Assembly (NCBI RefSeq): GCF_020745735.1
Contig: NW_026867487.1
Location: forward strand, 4,853,239 to 4,917,238
Length of the DNA: 64,000 bases
Reading direction: 5' to 3'
Source: Hemiscyllium ocellatum
Taxonomy: Eukaryota
Below the pieces are notes generated by a model. It saw nothing but the letters and a program-made list of their open reading frames with translations, was not told the origin of the DNA and made no database searches. How positions within the stretch are numbered: the stretch's first letter is position 1; every line of letters begins with the position of its first letter. A program made the translations under genes and the position numbers. Below, piece by piece: positions 37,169 through 48,984 of this stretch.

Positions 37169-37734
37169 GGTTGTGCTGAAACTGGCAATGACTGCAACAA
37201 AACTATCAAAGATTCTGCAATGTTTATAATAAACGAACTATGTTACTGAAACAATAACTTCATCACTGACCTATTATATTACAAAATGTATAAAAGTGTC
37301 TTGCCATGTGCTGTGGGTTGAGAGAAAACTCGCAGCTGACTACAGTGCTGTTGGTGTCTTTCCCTCCCCGGAGCTCCGGTCTGTCATTGAACCCTGTCTC
37401 TGACTCTGAGGCTGGTGATTTTCCCCACAACAGAGGTTATAAAATTATGAGGGGCATGGATCAGGTGATTAGTGAACATCATGTTCCTAGGGCAGCTGAC
37501 TTCAAAACTAGAGGATGTAGGTTGAAGGTGAGAGGGAAAGTGTTCAAAAGGACCTGAGAACTGAGTGAATCTTTCTACAATTAGTGCAGGTGAATGATTT
37601 TTCGTCAATGATGCATCTGCATCCATTGAAGTTGAGAAGAATGGGAGGCGATTGGTCTCTTGGTCAGATGGATGCTGAAAGATATTCTTCTTTGTGGGAG
37701 AGACTAGACCGAGAGACATCCTGAACTTTTCTGT

Positions 37735-38350
37735 CATTTGTGATCAGAAATCTATCTCCTGATATGGTCTCCTCTACATTGGGGAGACAGGACGCCTACT
37801 TGCAGAATGTTTCAGAGAACATCTCTGGGACATCCGCACCAACCAACCCCACTGCCTTGTGGCCAAACACTTCAACTCCCCCCTCACTCCGCCAAGGACA
37901 TGTAGGTCCTAAGCCTCCTCCATCGCCACACCCTAACCACCCAATATCTGGAGGAAGGTCACACCATCTTCCACCTTAGCACCCTCCAATCACACAGCAT
38001 CAATTTGTATTTCACCAACTTCCTCATTTCCCCTCCCCCCACCTCATCCCAGATCCAGACCAGCAACTCTGCACTACCCACATGACCTGTCCTACCTGTC
38101 CATCCTCCTTCCCACCTATTCGCTCCATCCTCCTCTCCAAACTATCACCATTAACTCCACCTCCATCTACCTATCGTACTCTCAGCTGCCTTCCCCCACA
38201 GCCCCCCCACCTCCCCCCCACCATTCATCTCTCGGACCCCGGGCCCACAAACCTCATTCCTGAAGAAGGGGACTTGCCCGAAACATTGATTCTCCTGCTC
38301 CTCGAATGCTGCCTGACCTTATGTCCTTTTCCAGCACCACGCTTTTGACA
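37735..38350 (+). mobile_element. Penelope-like 3' fragment (family 1)
   Basis: LLYIGETGRLLAECFREHL GIY-YIG motif; pseudo-LTR with degenerate hammerhead core near 38260-38290. Confidence 0.8.
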
Positions 38351-38942
38351 GAAATCTATCACCCTCTAGTGTCAATATTGTGAAAGATTGCACTTCCTAT
38401 CAAATAACCAGTTCTCTGGAATAAAAATGTTTGGTTTCTGACAGACGGTGTTGAATTTTTCATCGATTTCTGTGTTTGTTTCAGATCTTCAGCATCCGCA
38501 CTTCTTTGTTTCATTTATTCTCCTACATCTGCCCCACCTCCACACCTGTGCTTAGCCTATTTAATCTCATTGCAGACCCTTTCTATCTTCCTCACTACTT
38601 GCTTTCCTACATATGGTTAGAGCCAAAAAAAAATGCAGATGCTGGAATTCAATGTAGACAAGCAGGAGGCTGGAAGAACACAGTAAGCCAGGCAGTACCA
38701 GAAGATACTGTGTTCTTCCAGCCTCCTGCCCGTCTACCTTTGATTGCAGTTTTTTTGTCCCTAACCAAGATCCTCCCTATGGTAGCGTCAGTAAAATTGG
38801 CTACAGTAGAGAAAGTCCCTTTATTATTGTGAATCAAAAGCATTTGATACGTTGTAATACATCAGACATGCAAGCAACCAGGGGAAATACTTTCCACGCA
38901 GTCACCCTGTCTGTCCCTGCAAGTAATTTGTTGATTTCAATG

Positions 38943-39290
38943 AGCTCACCCTCTCAGAGACTGGGGGGCGGGAGATGAAGGGAAGAGATTTTGCAAACTG
39001 TCCTTCCCTCCCCTGCTCCCTGAGCTGGAGCTGCAAAGAGAGGTTGGGGAAGCAGGGCATGAGAGAAACCGCTCGCTGTGGCTCCAGCTGGTTGCCCTGG
39101 AAACCTTGGCTCCATGTGGGGGCGGAGGCAATAACGGGTAGGGTCGGGGCAGCCAGGAATCCGTACATGTCACTGACGCGGCCAGCGATTCTTATGGACT
39201 ATTATCAAACAGGGAGCAAGCGTTCCAATCTGCTTGTGAATAGGCGCACGCTGTTCATTTCATGTGGCACTGATGACTCAGCAGTATCCC
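38943..39290 (-). promoter_or_regulatory. Candidate promoter and non-coding first exon
   Basis: RFX X-box-like GTTGCCCTGGAAAC 39091-39104; TGACTCAGCA (ARE/MARE) 39274-39283; minus-strand donor GAGG|GTGAGC near 38948; local CpG enrichment. Confidence 0.4.
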
Positions 39291-39628
39291 AGTCAATTGT
39301 GCTTGGAACTTGTCTTTCTTTGAGTTAGAGTTAATACTATAACAAAAGTTTTTTTTTCTTATAATGTGCAGATAATTATTCTCCGAAAGAAACCTTTTTG
39401 CAATCCAGCAACCACCTGAACCGTTTAGCATTTTTGTTATTATCCCATTAAACTTGAGCTCAAATTGTCTTTGAATGCTTCAGGGAGAAATTCACATCCA
39501 CTTACACCTCAGAACGATTATGCCACATCTGGTGGTTTTATGTGATGCCGCTCCATCAGAGACAGAAGTGCTTACCGTTAATTTAGAGATTAGAGACACA
39601 CAAAAAAGCTGCATATGCTAAATACCAA

Positions 39629-39871
39629 TGTCTGAAAATGTGTTGCTGGTTAAAGCACAGCAGGTTAGGCAGCATCCAAGGAACAGGAAATACAACGTTT
39701 CGGGCCAGTGCCCTTCATCAGGATATGGGCCATTCTCCTCATTCCTGATGAAGGGCTCTGGCCCGAAACGTTGAATCTCCTGTTCCTTGGATGCTGCCTA
39801 ACCTGCTGTGCTTTAACCAGCAACACATTTTCAGCTCTGATCTCCAGCATCTGCAGACCTCACTTTTTACT
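39629..39871 (+). mobile_element. Fold-back Penelope pseudo-LTR insertion with 10-bp TSD
   Basis: About 92-bp inverted arms with an 18-nt spacer; TSD TAAATACCAA at 39619-39628 and 39872-39881. Confidence 0.85.
39741..39776 (+). ncRNA. Minimal type I hammerhead ribozyme motif
   Basis: ATTC-CTGATGA-A-GGGC-TCTG-GCCC-GAAAC-GTT-GAAT: perfect 4-bp stems I and II, palindromic ACGT stem III, GUU cleavage triplet. Confidence 0.75.
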
Positions 39872-41193
39872 TAAATACCAAGGTCAACAAGCAGGAGGCT
39901 GGAAGAACACAGCAAGCCTGGCAGCATCAGGAAGGGGAGAACTCAACGTTTCAGGTGTCAAGGTAACTTTCAAATTTTCTCTTCTCATCTTTATGTTGAA
40001 TGAGAACAAATCGTCTGAATAGTTAAGGCCAAGTGATGGAAAGGCGACGCCTTTTTTTATATAGTTTATATTTTCACCATGCTGTGATGTTTGATGTATG
40101 TAGTTTTCTTCATGATTTCATAAAACGTTCCAGAAGTCGTGCTGGAGAATTACCTCTCAGATTACTCTGGAAGCCATCAACTGCTGCATTACAACAATTA
40201 AAAGCCATCTGTACAGGCACATGATTTGGAAGAGTTTAGAGGGATATGGGCCAAATGCTGGAAAATGGGACGAGGTTAATTTAGGATATGTGGTCGGCAC
40301 CGACGAGTTGGGCCGAGGGGTCTGTTTCTGTATTGTATAACTCTGATCTATGAACTGCTTAAAAAAAAACACAGACGTTGACCAGGAGCCCATGGCAGAT
40401 ATAATCCGCATTTCTGGCAGATATAATCTGCAATAACCCTTAAACTCTCTTTAAACTCCCACATCTGACAAGAATTACATATCACTGCAAAGGCTAACAT
40501 TGGAAGGGAAAAGGTTGAGACTCTGAAGGGAGATTCCAGAGAGTTAGGCAGCAATTTAAAAAGGAGGTCCTCAAGGGTAATAATATCTGGGTTACTCCCA
40601 GTCCTACGAGCTCGTGAGGGCAGGAATAGGAGGATAGAGCAGATGAATGCATGGCTGAGGAGCTGGTGTATGGATGAAGGATTCACATTTTTTGGATCAT
40701 TGGAATCTCTTTTGGGGTAGAAGTGAGCTGTACAAGAAGGACGGCACCTAAATTGGAAGGGGACGAATATACTGGCAGGGAAATCTGCTAGAACTGCTTG
40801 GGAGGATTTAAACTAGTAAGGTGGAGGGATGGGACCCAGGGAGATCGTGAGGAAAGAGATCAATCTGAGACGGGTACAGCTGAGAACAGAAGTGAGACAA
40901 ACAGTCAGGGCAGGCAGGGACAAGGTAGGACTAATAAATTAAACTGCATTTATTTCAATGCAAGGGACCTAACAGGGAAGGCAGATGAACTCGGCATGGT
41001 TAAGAACATGGGACTGGGATATCTTAGCAATAATGGAAACGTGGCTCAGGGATGGGCAGGACTGGCAGCTTAATGTTCCAGGACACAAATGCTACAGGAA
41101 GGATAGAAAGGGAGGCAAGAGAGGAGGGGAAGTGGCATCTTTGATAAGGGATAGCATTACAGCTGTGCTGAGGGAAGATATTCCCAGAAATGT

Positions 41194-41523
41194 GGGCGGC
41201 ACAGTGGCACAGTGGTTAGTACTGCTGCCTCACAGCGCCTGAGACCCGGGTTCAATTCCCGACTCAGGCGACTGACTGTGTGGAGTTTGCACGTTCTCCC
41301 CGTGTCTGCGTGGGTTTCCTCCGGATGCTCCGGTTTCCTCCCACAGTCCAAAGATGTGCGGGTCAGGTGAATTGGCCATGCTAAATTGCCCGTAGTGTTA
41401 GGTAAGGGGTAAATGTAGGGGTATGGGTGGGTTGCGCTTCGGTGGGTCAGTGTGGACTTGTTGGGCCGATGGGCCTGTTTCCATACTGTGAGTAATGTAA
41501 TGTAATCTAATCTAATCTAATCA
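41194..41523 (+). mobile_element. V-SINE (HE1-like), young copy nested in CR1
   Basis: Full head, V domain and (TAATC)n tail; nearly identical to 50837-51164 and 52995-53302. Confidence 0.92.
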
Positions 41524-41917
41524 AACACTGTAATATACATACAGGGAAGTTACTTGGGTGGAACTGAGAAATAAGAAAGGGATGCTCACCTTATTGGGAT
41601 TTTATTATAAATTCCCCAATAGTCAGAGGAAAATTGAGAAACAAACTTGTAAGGAGATCTCAGCTATCTGTAAGAATAATAGGGTAGGAGAGGAATTTCT
41701 TAAGTGTGTACAAGACAATTTTCTGATTCAATATGTGGATGTAGCTACTACAGAAGGTGCACAAGTTGACCTACTCTTGGGAAATAAGGCAGGGCAGGTG
41801 GCTGAGGGATCAGTGGGGGAGCACTTTGGGGCCAGCGACCATAATTCTATTTGTTTTAAAATAGTGATGGAAAAGGATAGACGAGATCTAAAGGTTGACA
41901 TTCTAAATTGGAGAAAG

Positions 41918-42008
41918 CTATTCCTGAGATGCTGCCTGGCCTGCTATGCTTTGACCAGCAACACATTTGCAGCTGTGATCTCCAGCATCTGCAGACCTCA
42001 TTTTTTAC
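41918..42008 (+). mobile_element. Short Penelope pseudo-LTR insertion with 16-bp TSD
   Basis: TSD TCTAAATTGGAGAAAG at 41902-41917 and 42009-42024. Confidence 0.85.
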
Positions 42009-44214
42009 TCTAAATTGGAGAAAGGCCAATTTTGACGATATTTGGCAAGAACCTTCGAAAGCTGGTTGGAGGCAGATGTTCACAGGTAAAGGGATGACGG
42101 GAAAATGGGAAGCCTTTAGAAATGAGATAACAAGAATCCAGAGAAAGTATAATCCTGTGAGGGTGAAAGGGAAGGCTGATAGGTATAGGGAATGCTGGAT
42201 GACTGAAGAAACTGAGGGTTTGGTGAACAAAAAAAGGAAGCATATGTTAGGTATAGACAGGATAGATTGAGTGAATCCTCAGAAGAGTATAAAGAAAGCA
42301 GGAATATAATTAAGAGGGAAGTCAGAAGAGCAAAACGGGGACATGAGCGAGCTTTGGCAAATAGAATTAAGGAGAATCCAAAGGATTTTTACAAATATAT
42401 TAAGGACAAAAGGGTAACTAGGGAGATAATAGGGCCCCTCAAAGATCAGCAAGGCTGCCTTTGTGTGGAGCCACAGAAAATGGGGGAGATACTAAATGAA
42501 TATTTTGCATCAGTGTTTCCTGTGGAAAAGGATATGGAAGATATAGACTGTAGGGAAATAGAAGGTGATATCTTGCAAAATATCCAGATTGCAGAAGAGG
42601 AAATGCTGGATGTCTTGAAACGTATAAAGGTGGATAAATCCCTAGAACCTGATCAGGTGTACCCGAGAATTCTGCGGGAAGCTAGAGAAGTGATTGCTGG
42701 GCCTCTTGTTGAGATATTTGTATCATCGATAGTCACAGGTGAGGTGCCGGAAGACTGGAGTTTGGCAAACGTGGTGCCACTGTTTAAGAAGGATGGTAAA
42801 GACAAGCCAGGGAACTATAGACCAGTGAGCCTGACCTCGGTGGTGGGCAAGTTGTTGGAGGAAATCCTGAGGGACAGGACGTACATGTATTTGGAAAGGC
42901 AAGGACTCGTTCGGCATAGTCAACATGGCTTTGTGCGTGGGAAATCATGTCTCACAAACTTGATTGAGATTTTTGAAGAAGTAACAAGGAAGATTGATGA
43001 GGGCAGAGTAGTAGATGTTATCTATATGGACTTCAGTAAGGCGTTGGACAAGGTTCCCCATGGGAGACTGATTAGCAAGGTTAGATCTCATGGAATACAG
43101 GGAGAACTAGGCATTTGGGTACAGAACTGGCTAAAAGGTAGAAGACAGAGGGTTGTTTTTCAGACTGGAGGCCTGTGACCAGTGGAGTGCCATAAGGATC
43201 AGTGCTGGGCCCTCTACTTTTTGTCATTTACATAAATAATTTGAATGCGAGTATAAGAGGTACAGTTAGTAAGGTTTCAGAAGACACCAAAATTGGAGGT
43301 GTAGTGGACAGCGAAGAGGGTTACCTCAGATTACAACAGGATCTGGACCAGCTGGGCCAATGGACTGAGAAGTGGCAGATGGAGTTTAATTCAGATAAAT
43401 GCGAGGTGCTGCATTTTGGGAAAGCAAATCTTAGCAGTACTTATACACTTAATGGCAAGGTCCCAGGGAGTGTTGCTGAACAAAGAGACCTTGGAGTGCA
43501 GGTTTATAGCTCCTTGGAAGTGGAGCCGCAGGTCGATAGGATAGCGAAGAAGGCATTTGGTATGCTTTCCTTTATTGGTCAGAGTATTGAGTACAGGAGT
43601 TGGGAGGTCATGTTATGGCTGTACAGGACATTGGTTTGGCCACTGTTGGAATATTGCGTGCAATTCTGGTCTCCTTCCTATTGGAAAGATGTTGAGAAAC
43701 TTGAAAGGGTTCAGAAAAGATTTACAAGGATGTTGCCAAGGTTAGAAGATCTGAGCTACAGGTAGAGGCTGAACAGGCTGAGGCTGTTTTCCCTGGAGCG
43801 TCGGAGGCTGAGGTGTGGCCTTATAGAGGTTTACAAAATTATGAGGGGCATGGATAGAATAAATAGGCAAAGTCTTTTCCCAGGGGTTCGGGGAGTCCAG
43901 AACTAGAGAGCATAGGTTTAGGGTGAGAGGGGAAAGATATAAAAGAGACCTAAAGGGCAACTTGTTCACGCAGAGGGTGGTATGTGTATGGAATGAGCTG
44001 CCAGAGGAAGTGGTGGAGGCTGGTATAATTGTAACATTTAAGAGGCATTTGGATGGGTATATGAATAGGAAGGGTTTGGAGGGGTATGGGCCGGGTGCTG
44101 GCAGGTGGGACTAGATTGGGTTGGGATATCTGGTCGGCCTGGACGGGTTGGACCGTGGGGTCTGTTTCGATACTGTACATCCCTATGACTCTAAGAGTCA
44201 TCAGTACTGACAAT

Positions 44215-45355
44215 CGTTGGACTCCCACCTAAATACTCCTCAGCTGTTCCAGTTATTTCCGTGTTTTCACTCCACCTCTTTTAGGATTGTGTATCTCTTT
44301 AGTCCATTTATCTATGTTTTCTGGATCCACAGGCGTATGATAGTTATGCTTTCAATATGCATTAAGTGCTGGTGGTGCCCACATTGTCCCTGTTGTCTCT
44401 CTCCTGCTTTAACTTTGGTCCTTTTACTTCACAGCAGAGCAAGCCATCATTCAGCATCTTCTTCTGAGTCATCAGATGAGTCTGATTCTAGTCTGAAGCA
44501 GCCTCCCTCCTTTGTTCCCTCCATTGGTCCTTGGCCAATTGGTTTAAACAGGAGTATGCAGGCCAGGATACAGAACTCTTCCCTTTGGGCTCAGGGACTT
44601 TAGGTACTTGTTTCTGGAGTTTCTTGTTTTCTGACTTTGAAATCCTCATATTACTTTTAGATCCCTATGCTTCCTTTTTAACCCCTGTTAATTCTTCATG
44701 CACCACTTTTAACATCTGGCTCATATCGAGTGTGTTATCATTTGGTTTTGCTGTCGGATCTGTCCCATCAGGGCAAGTCAGTCTTTCTGTTTCATATGGG
44801 TTGCCTTCCCCCAGACCCTTGTAATATTTTGGAGGGAACATCGTATCATGGAGGTATTGAACTTTGTCTGATTTCCACTGAGGTTTTAGATAAGTCGAAT
44901 TGCTGGTGTATACAAGACTTGGGAGCAGAAATTAGGCCATTCAGCCCATCATGTTTGTTCCACCATTTAATCATGGACGATAGGTTTCTCAACCCCGTTC
45001 TCCTGCTTTCTCCCTGTTACCCTTGATCCATTTTACAATCCAGAACCTATCTATCTCTGTCTAAATATACTCAACGAAGTATATTCCTTACATTTCAGTA
45101 GAATTGCATATCCTGATATGTTTGGTGGGCAGGCCCATTCTCGGTAATTGTTGGCAATTCTGTATTCCTCTGAACCAACATCAGGTGAATAATGGGTCTC
45201 TCGTCGAGTTTAATTAGCTTGATTTGGTCAGAGACCGTGCCCTCAGCTCCACCGTGTACAGATATCAGATTTAAGGGAGCCCAAGCCTGCCTATCCCGCC
45301 AGAATTCTGAATTGCATGAATAGAGAGACCGTCAAGTTCAGACAACTCATCAAGA
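44215..45355 (-). mobile_element. Possible endogenous retrovirus / LTR element remnant (LTR end, PBS, gag 5' part), interrupted by a CR1 tail at about 44900-45078
   Basis: PBS-like TGGCGGGATAGGCAGGCTT (45301-45283; 14/19 to the tRNA-Ser PBS TGGCGTAGTCGGCAGGATT as recalled); broken frames YLKPQWKSDKVQYLHDTMFPPK.., an acidic LESDSSDDSEEDAE tract, YHTPVDPENIDKWTKEIHNPKRGG. Confidence 0.45.
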
Positions 45356-45356
45356 A

Positions 45357-45625
45357 GGGCGGCACGGTGGCTCAGTGGTTAGCACTCCAGGTTCGATTCC
45401 AGCCATGGGTGACTGTCTGTGCGGAGTTTGCACATCCTCCCCATGTCTACATGGGTTTCCATGTCTCCGGCTACTCCGGTTTCCTCACACAATCCAAAAG
45501 AATTGGCCATAAGTTGCCCGTAGTGTTAGGGTGCATTAATCAGAGGGAAATGAGTCTGGGTGGGTTCCTCTTCAGAGGGTCGGTGTGGACTTGGGCTGAA
45601 GGGCCTGTTTCGACACTGTAGGCAA
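45357..45625 (+). mobile_element. V-SINE (HE1-like)
   Basis: GGGCGGCACGGTGGCTCAGTGGTTAGCAC head, V domain, CR1-type tail. Confidence 0.85.
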
Positions 45626-46505
45626 TCTAATATAACCTTAAAGAAAAACTTGGCATCCTTCCTTCTTTGGGTGCTGAAATGGGTGTCTAGTCTATGGCAA
45701 GTTCTAAGTTCCTATAGTGATCCTGCCGGAGTACGCCAATCTGTTTTCTATGAATATCAGAGTCGGATTCAGGTGATGCTTATCTGTGATTTACAGCTCA
45801 AAACCAAAAGGCACTCACCAATCTTCAGCATGTCTTAACTTACACACTTCAATCCTACAGTGCAAATGAACCCCCTCCCCCTGCACTTTGATTACTATTG
45901 ATCAGCAATGCCAAGATGACGCTCTGTAATTGCCTCTTGGGTACAGGATCTTACATAGTTCAAGCTAGGTAATCACTGAGATGGACAGGCTTGTGGTCCA
46001 CCCCTGGTCCTTCATGATGTTTTCCAGATTCTTATCTCTCTCCTTGAGGCTTTTCACAATAAATACTGTATTCAAGTCACAATTGCCAGCTGCACTGTGT
46101 TAACTGCCAACCAATTGGATTTCAGGAACTTTTAACTTTCCAATTTCGAAAAATACAAAAGAACGTTGTTTTTTTAAATCAGTTTCAACAAAGTTATGTG
46201 GTTACACCTCGTGTTAGAATTCTTTAGCCAACAAGTCGTCTCCGTAATCATTCCTTCTTGACAAGTGAAATTGGAAGAATGTCGGAAAATGTTCATATGA
46301 GAGAGAGAGAGAGAGACAGTGAGAAATGGGGAGAGAAAGAGAGACACCAGCTTTCTGTGCCATGCTCACTGAAGTAATTGTTAATTATTTGTCATCTGGT
46401 TTGAATCTTTTCCTTTCTATAACTAATTCAGAATCTATATCTTTAATTATTAATTAAACAGATAGCGAGTGTGAAATGTTCAGAGTGAAATGATAAATGT
46501 TATAA

Positions 46506-46818
46506 TTAGATTTGATTCCCTACAATGTGGAAACAGGCCCTTCGGCCCAACAGGTCCACACCAGCCCTCCGAAGAGTAATCCACCCAGACCAATTCCCTC
46601 TAAATGATGCACCTAACACTATGGGCAATTTAGCGTGGCCGATTCACCCTGACCTGCACACCTTTGGACTGTGGGAGGAAACTGGAGCACCCAGGGGAAA
46701 CCCACACAGACACGGAGAGAATGTGCAAACTCCACACAGACAGTCACCCAAGGCGAGAATCGAAGCTGGGACCCTGGCATTGTGAGGCAGCAATGCTAAC
46801 CACTGAGCCACCCTGCCA
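46506..46818 (-). mobile_element. V-SINE (HE1-like)
   Basis: Reverse-complement full-length copy. Confidence 0.88.
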
Positions 46819-47185
46819 CACTATTATTAACTATATCTTACAGAGCTGCTATTGTCACTCAAATGTTACATATTGTTATCTGTAAATTATGCGCAGTCAG
46901 AAACCTTGAAAGTAAATGTTACTGTCAGGAACCATCACGTGCTGCACAGCAATGGGCAGCCCGAACAGGAATTGAAAATTTTTGCAAGCACATCTGCTGT
47001 TTCAAACCAACAACTTGTCGTCCCCACAACATAAGATACATTTCACCTGACTCTGGAGGCTTATCCACACTTCAGCCTGCCAGGTGACTCAAAACCATTT
47101 CTCTCTCTATGCTAATTTCTTTAAGGACTACAGCAGCAACGTGTGCGTGGTACGAAAGGACGTAGGCCTGGTTCTAAGTGAATAC

Positions 47186-47826
47186 TGTCGTAATGCTGCT
47201 CCTTTAACACAGTTGTGTCGTCCTGGTTTTGTTTCCCAAAACTGTTGTATAAGGTAGATTTGTCAAGATATCCAGTTTGGATGGGTTTCAGGGCTCATTT
47301 AATGATAGCGAACCGAGACTGCCTCAGGCAAAAGGCTTTCAAGCTTAGAGACACTTGAACAATGAAAGAGGAGTGGCCAGCTTTGATCCGGTTTGGGGTT
47401 TTAAAAAAAAATTTAGCAGGCTGGCTGTTCAAAGCATGTAGTTAGTCGGTTTTTGAGGCTGCTGGTGAGAGAAACAGCTCCATGGAGGAAGGTTCCACAC
47501 TCAATCTCTCTGCCGCCTCTCTCTCCAATGAGACCCTGTGTTTGACTTGACCTTTTATTGCCAAGCGGCCGACATGGGGATTGTTGCAGGAACTTGGAAC
47601 AGCATCATTAAATTAGCTTAATCTGTTGGGTTTTCGGATAGCTTAAGTTATTCTGTTCTCTCTTGTTTGCGTTACACAAATTCTGTTTTGTTTAAAACCG
47701 AGGGGTTTTGACCAGCTGCTTCACTCCTGGAATATCCACTGTACAGCTGCTCAAAACAACGACTGAAGTTAGGGTCTCAGCTATTTCCTTGAAATATCTT
47801 GAGAGGGTCTGGACTGGTCCATAACA
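47186..47826 (+). mobile_element. Solo LTR related to the Gmr1-like element LTR
   Basis: TGT..GGTCCATAACA ends; near-TSD ATAC/ATAT; last 200 bp resemble the minus-strand LTR end at 19363-19580. Confidence 0.7.
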
Positions 47827-48494
47827 ATATTTTGTGTCAGTGGGGTTCACTGGTGAGAGAGACGAATCGAGGAGAGGTATGTGATTGAATTTAATGGGCC
47901 TTACTCTTTCCCTCCTTATTCTCTAACCATTATTGTACCTGTAAAACAACTGAGCTTTTTTTTCCTTTATTTTACTTGGTGCATCAATTCATGTTCACGT
48001 GATAGCTTTCCTCTTGCACATTTCCCTGAATATATCTGCTCCCCATGCACTCTGGCCAAATCAAATTCGATCTTATTCATATCACCAAATTTCAAACTTT
48101 GATTTGAAGTCCATCCTTGCCCTTTTCCATAACAATCCTGAATCTTTTTAAGAGATCGGAGAAACGTTTGCAAAGTGCTCCCCCACTGATACTTCAATAA
48201 TTTGTCTGCTTTTGTTATCTAAAGTTAAGTCCAGGACTTACCCCTTTCTTGTTAGGACTTTTAAATACTGGCTTCAAAGTTGTACTGGATCTACTTTAAA
48301 AGTTCCTCAAAACCTTTCACACTGTGACAACCACAGTTAATGCTTGGGGAAGTTGAAATCCCCCACTATCACAACCCTATTACTACTACACTTCCCTGAA
48401 ATTTGCCTCCTTACCAGCTCGACTTGTTCTACCCATCCAGATTTACTGAAGGAACTTTCTAGGATGTCATCTCTCCTTATTGCTGCAATAAATT

Positions 48495-48803
48495 GGGGTG
48501 GCACAATGGCTAGCACTGCTGCCACACAGTGCCAGAGACTCGGGTTCAGTTCCTGCCTCAGGCAACTGTCTTTGTGGGGGTTGCATATTCTCCCCGTGTC
48601 TATGCGGGTTTCCTCCGGGTGCTCTGGTTTCCTCGCACAGTCCAAAAATGTGCAGGTTAGGTGAATTGGCCATGCTAAATTGCCCGTAGTGTTAGGTGAA
48701 GGGGCAAATGTAGGGGAATGGGTCTGGGTGGGTTGCTCTTTGGAGGGTCAGTGTGGACTTGTTGGGCCGAAGGACCTGTTTCCACACTGTAAGTAATCTA
48801 ATT
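48495..48803 (+). mobile_element. V-SINE (HE1-like) inside a minus-strand CR1 endonuclease fragment (about 47830-48980)
   Basis: Full SINE; flanks encode VVIVGDFNFP. Confidence 0.88.
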
Positions 48804-48984
48804 TAAACAAAATTGTGACACTTTGTTCTATGGTTTCCTTCACCATCTCGTATGAAGACCCTGTATCCTACCTCTCTCTCAACCATGTCTCAGTGACCGC
48901 AATGTATTCATGCCCCATTTTTAATTTGTATCATCAACTTGTCTGCCTGGTTCGTCATACTGGTAGCATTAAAGTTAATAAGGT

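Larger units (their letters stand above)
40395..44195 (+). mobile_element. Near-full-length decayed CR1 LINE (ORF1 esterase, ORF2 APE-RT); ORF1 N-terminus inverted
   Basis: 40501 onward: SRVIISGLLP..MNAWLRSWC; APE (YFNARDL, AIMETWL, SDHNSI); RT (NYRPVSLTS, QHGF, DFSKALDKV, GPLLFVIYIN); (CTATGA) tail. 40407-40500 encodes MLAFAVICNSCQMW..CQKC on the minus strand. Confidence 0.92.

Noticed and set aside
41194-41260. tRNA gene calls at SINE heads
   Set aside because: tRNA-derived SINE heads without a complete cloverleaf; they continue into the V domain.
42267-43765. 303-aa and 187-aa RT ORFs as an active LINE or host gene
   Set aside because: ORF2 is split by a frameshift and stop, the catalytic FADD reads VSED, and nested insertions are present.
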